Shown in pieces: positions 22,091 through 24,000 of a DNA stretch of 24,000 nucleotides. The notes beneath the pieces were generated by a model. It saw nothing but the letters and a program-made list of their open reading frames with translations, was not told the origin of the DNA and ran no database searches. The DNA is taken from positions 684 through 24,683 of the forward strand of contig PGZR01000022.1 in the NCBI GenBank assembly GCA_002841405.1. Reading direction: 5' to 3'. The stretch's first letter is position 1. Each line of letters begins with the position of its first letter. This DNA is from Firmicutes bacterium HGW-Firmicutes-4 (GTDB lineage Bacteria; Bacillota; Clostridia; Eubacteriales; Eubacteriaceae). The translations under genes and the position numbers were made by a program.

Positions 22091-23206
22091 ATGAAGAAAT
22101 TGTCAGAGTGTAATATTCTAATCGTCGATGATACAGAAATGAATATTGACATATTAGTTGGTGCACTGGGAGATGACTACGAACTGTCAGTGGCAATGGA
22201 TGGGGAAGCTGCTCTCGAAATGATGGAAATCGAGCTTCCCGATTTAATCTTACTGGACATCATGATGCCAGGATTGAGTGGCTACGAAGTCTGTGAAAAA
22301 CTTAAAAAGAATCCTACAGCGAAAGAGATCCCAATTATTTTCCTGACAGCGATGACTGACATCGAAAGCAAAACAAAAGGGTTTGAGGCTGGGGCCGTTG
22401 ATTATATTACCAAACCATTTGAAATACTGGAAGTAAAAGCACGGGTGCAGACCCATCTGTATATCACGACTGCAAAAAAAGAGTTAGCTCTGCAGAATGA
22501 AATACTTGAGCAACGGGTTATTGAACGAACTGAAGAACTGTGTCTGACTCAGGAAATTACCATTGAAGCGCTAGCCTCACTGGCTGAATATCGAGATCCA
22601 GATACGGGGGGGCATATTTATCGTACAAAAAATTATGTAAAAATTTTGGCTGAAAAACTAAGCTCCTTTGAAAAATATAAAAATATTCTGAATGAGGAAG
22701 TTATCAAAATATTTTACAATTCGGCACCTCTCCATGACATTGGCAAAATCGGTATTCGCGACGAAATTCTTTTAAAGCCAGGTAAGTTGACCGTTAAAGA
22801 ATTTGAAGAAATGAAAAAACATACGCTGATTGGTTATAATGCTCTTAGAATTGCGTCACTAAAGCTTGGTGAGAATTCATTTTTAAAACATGCCATGGAG
22901 ATTTCAAAAAGCCATCAGGAAAAATGGAATGGGACCGGGTATCCGGATGGTCTGTCTGGCGATGATATCCCCATAGCTGGGAGAATCATGGCAATTGCAG
23001 ATGTGTATGATGCACTCATCAGTAAGCGGATTTATAAACCGCCATTTACGCACCGGCAGGCGGTAGCGATTATTAAAGAAGGCCGGGGTATTCATTTTGA
23101 TCCGCTGATGGTTGATGCTTTTGAAGATGTTAATGAAGAATTCCGGCAGATTGCGATTAAATATGCCGATTGTGATGAGGAACGAGTGACATTAAATCAA
23201 GTGTAG
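22091..23206 (+). CDS. RpfG-type response regulator: REC plus HD-GYP c-di-GMP phosphodiesterase domain
   Basis: ATG at 22091 with GAGG at 22080-22083; the ORF track uses TTG at 22085, which overlaps the kinase stop. REC has IVDDTE, LILLDIMMPG (D56), LTAM and TKPF. HD-GYP has LHDIGKIGI, KKHTLIGY, SHQEKWNGTGYPDGL and IADVYDAL. Confidence 0.92.
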   Translation: MKKLSECNILIVDDTEMNIDILVGALGDDYELSVAMDGEAALEMMEIELPDLILLDIMMPGLSGYEVCEKLKKNPTAKEIPIIFLTAMTDIESKTKGFEAGAVDYITKPFEILEVKARVQTHLYITTAKKELALQNEILEQRVIERTEELCLTQEITIEALASLAEYRDPDTGGHIYRTKNYVKILAEKLSSFEKYKNILNEEVIKIFYNSAPLHDIGKIGIRDEILLKPGKLTVKEFEEMKKHTLIGYNALRIASLKLGENSFLKHAMEISKSHQEKWNGTGYPDGLSGDDIPIAGRIMAIADVYDALISKRIYKPPFTHRQAVAIIKEGRGIHFDPLMVDAFEDVNEEFRQIAIKYADCDEERVTLNQV

Positions 23207-23211
23207 CGTTG

Positions 23212-23258
23212 CTATCTAAAAGACCTGCCGGCTTGACGCCGACAGGTCTTTTAGATAG
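23212..23258 (+). terminator. Long hairpin terminator closing the signalling operon
   Basis: 20-bp arms CTATCTAAAAGACCTGCCGG/CCGACAGGTCTTTTAGATAG with one mismatch and a 7-nt loop. The T-run (TCTTTT) lies inside the 3' arm. Confidence 0.7.
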
Positions 23259-23359
23259 AATGAGATCAGATAATTACGGAGGTGTTGGTGGTTAAGTCTG
23301 CTTTAGGTAAGATTAAAGCCATTTCACCAGGTGGAATAAGTTGCAAGGAGGCGATAACC

Positions 23360-24000
23360 ATGCCAGTAAACTCATTTGAAGATTATCCGATGTCCTGGAA
23401 ACCAACGCTAAACCATCAGGTTAAACCCCTGTATCTGGCCCTGGCTCGGCAGTTAGAGCAGGACATTAAAAAAGGCAACCTGCTACCAGGGACAAAGCTG
23501 CCGCCGCAGCGGGAACTGGCCGATTTTTTGGATATTAATGTCAGCACCGTGTCCAAAGCCTGCAAGGTCTGCGAATTAAAAGGGCTCCTTAGTGCCACGG
23601 TGGGCAGTGGTACCTTTGTATCCTTCGATGCGTTGGCAAATGCCTACTTGCTGCCGGATGATAAACCCCGGAATGTGATCGAACTGGGTGCGGTTTTTCC
23701 GGATACCGCCACCTTTGGACCATTGATCGGCTGTTTAAAAGAAATGCTCAATGAAGCTGATGTCGATAAATTGTTTAATTACAGCCGTCCCAATGCCAAC
23801 ATCTGGCTGAAAGATACGGCCGTGAAACTGATGGAAAAAGGCGGATTCAGTCCGGAACCGGAGAGCATTTTATTTTCTAATGGCGGTCAAAATGCCATCA
23901 CGGCCATTCTGGCCGGACTTTGTCGTCATGGTGATAAAATTGGCGCTGACCCCCATACCTATTCCGGACTCAAAACTACTGCTTCAATGCTGGGCATTCA
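23360..24000 (+). CDS. MocR/GabR-type regulator (GntR winged-helix fused to a PLP aminotransferase-like domain), 5' part only
   Basis: Not in the ORF track because it runs off the window. I translated it by hand from the ATG at 23360 with AAGGAGG at 23345-23351: MPVNSFEDYPMSWKPTLNHQVKPLYLALARQLEQDIKKGNLLPGTKLPPQRELADFLDINVSTVSKACKVCELKGLLSATVGSGTFVS, then an aminotransferase-like region (SNGGQNAITAILAGL). Confidence 0.8.
   Translation, partial: MPVNSFEDYPMSWKPTLNHQVKPLYLALARQLEQDIKKGNLLPGTKLPPQRELADFLDINVSTVSKACKVCELKGLLSATVGSGTFVSFDALANAYLLPDDKPRNVIELGAVFPDTATFGPLIGCLKEMLNEADVDKLFNYSRPNANIWLKDTAVKLMEKGGFSPEPESILFSNGGQNAITAILAGLCRHGDKIGADPHTYSGLKTTASMLGI

Noticed and set aside
1-24000. Screen for CRISPR repeats, tRNA/rRNA, IS elements, integrases or prophage boundaries
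   Set aside because: None was recognised. The only repeats seen are terminator hairpins and one 14-bp palindrome. Similarity between the two HD-GYP genes and between REC domains is ordinary paralogy.

Overview
This 24 kb window looks like a chromosomal segment from a low-GC, Clostridia-type anaerobe. GC is roughly 40% by eye. The gene content is reminiscent of Acetobacterium/Eubacteriaceae, but that is a guess made without any search. I support 19 protein-coding genes, one of them truncated at the 3' edge. I found no rRNA, tRNA, CRISPR array, transposase or integrase. Most genes end in clear hairpin terminators.

Signal transduction dominates the window:
- a 7TM-GAF-GGDEF(SGDEF)-EAL protein (185-2683)
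- a triple-PAS GGDEF + HD-GYP fusion (4634-6916)
- a cytoplasm-sensing methyl-accepting chemotaxis protein with a Cys-rich PAS and a poly-HAMP array (11041-13350)
- a compact same-strand cluster at 14992-23206, the most interesting part

That cluster encodes a beta-CASP/MBL hydrolase, RsbR-like (PAS-STAS), RsbS-like (STAS), RsbT-like kinase and RsbX-like PP2C phosphatase. These are followed by a 1026-aa hybrid histidine kinase (odd N-terminal domain, PAS, HisKA, HATPase, REC, REC, Hpt) and a REC-HD-GYP response regulator. No RsbU/RsbV/RsbW/sigma-B genes are visible. The stressosome module therefore appears wired to a phosphorelay whose predicted output is c-di-GMP hydrolysis.

The remaining genes are:
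- a QueG-related Fe-S protein
- two orphan hypotheticals
- a YczE-like membrane protein
- an Isf-type iron-sulfur flavoprotein
- a LiaF-like/LiaG-like (DUF2154/DUF4097) pair
- a DUF815-type P-loop ATPase
- the 5' part of a MocR/GabR-type regulator

All functional calls come from motif recognition by eye on the supplied translations. No database search was possible.
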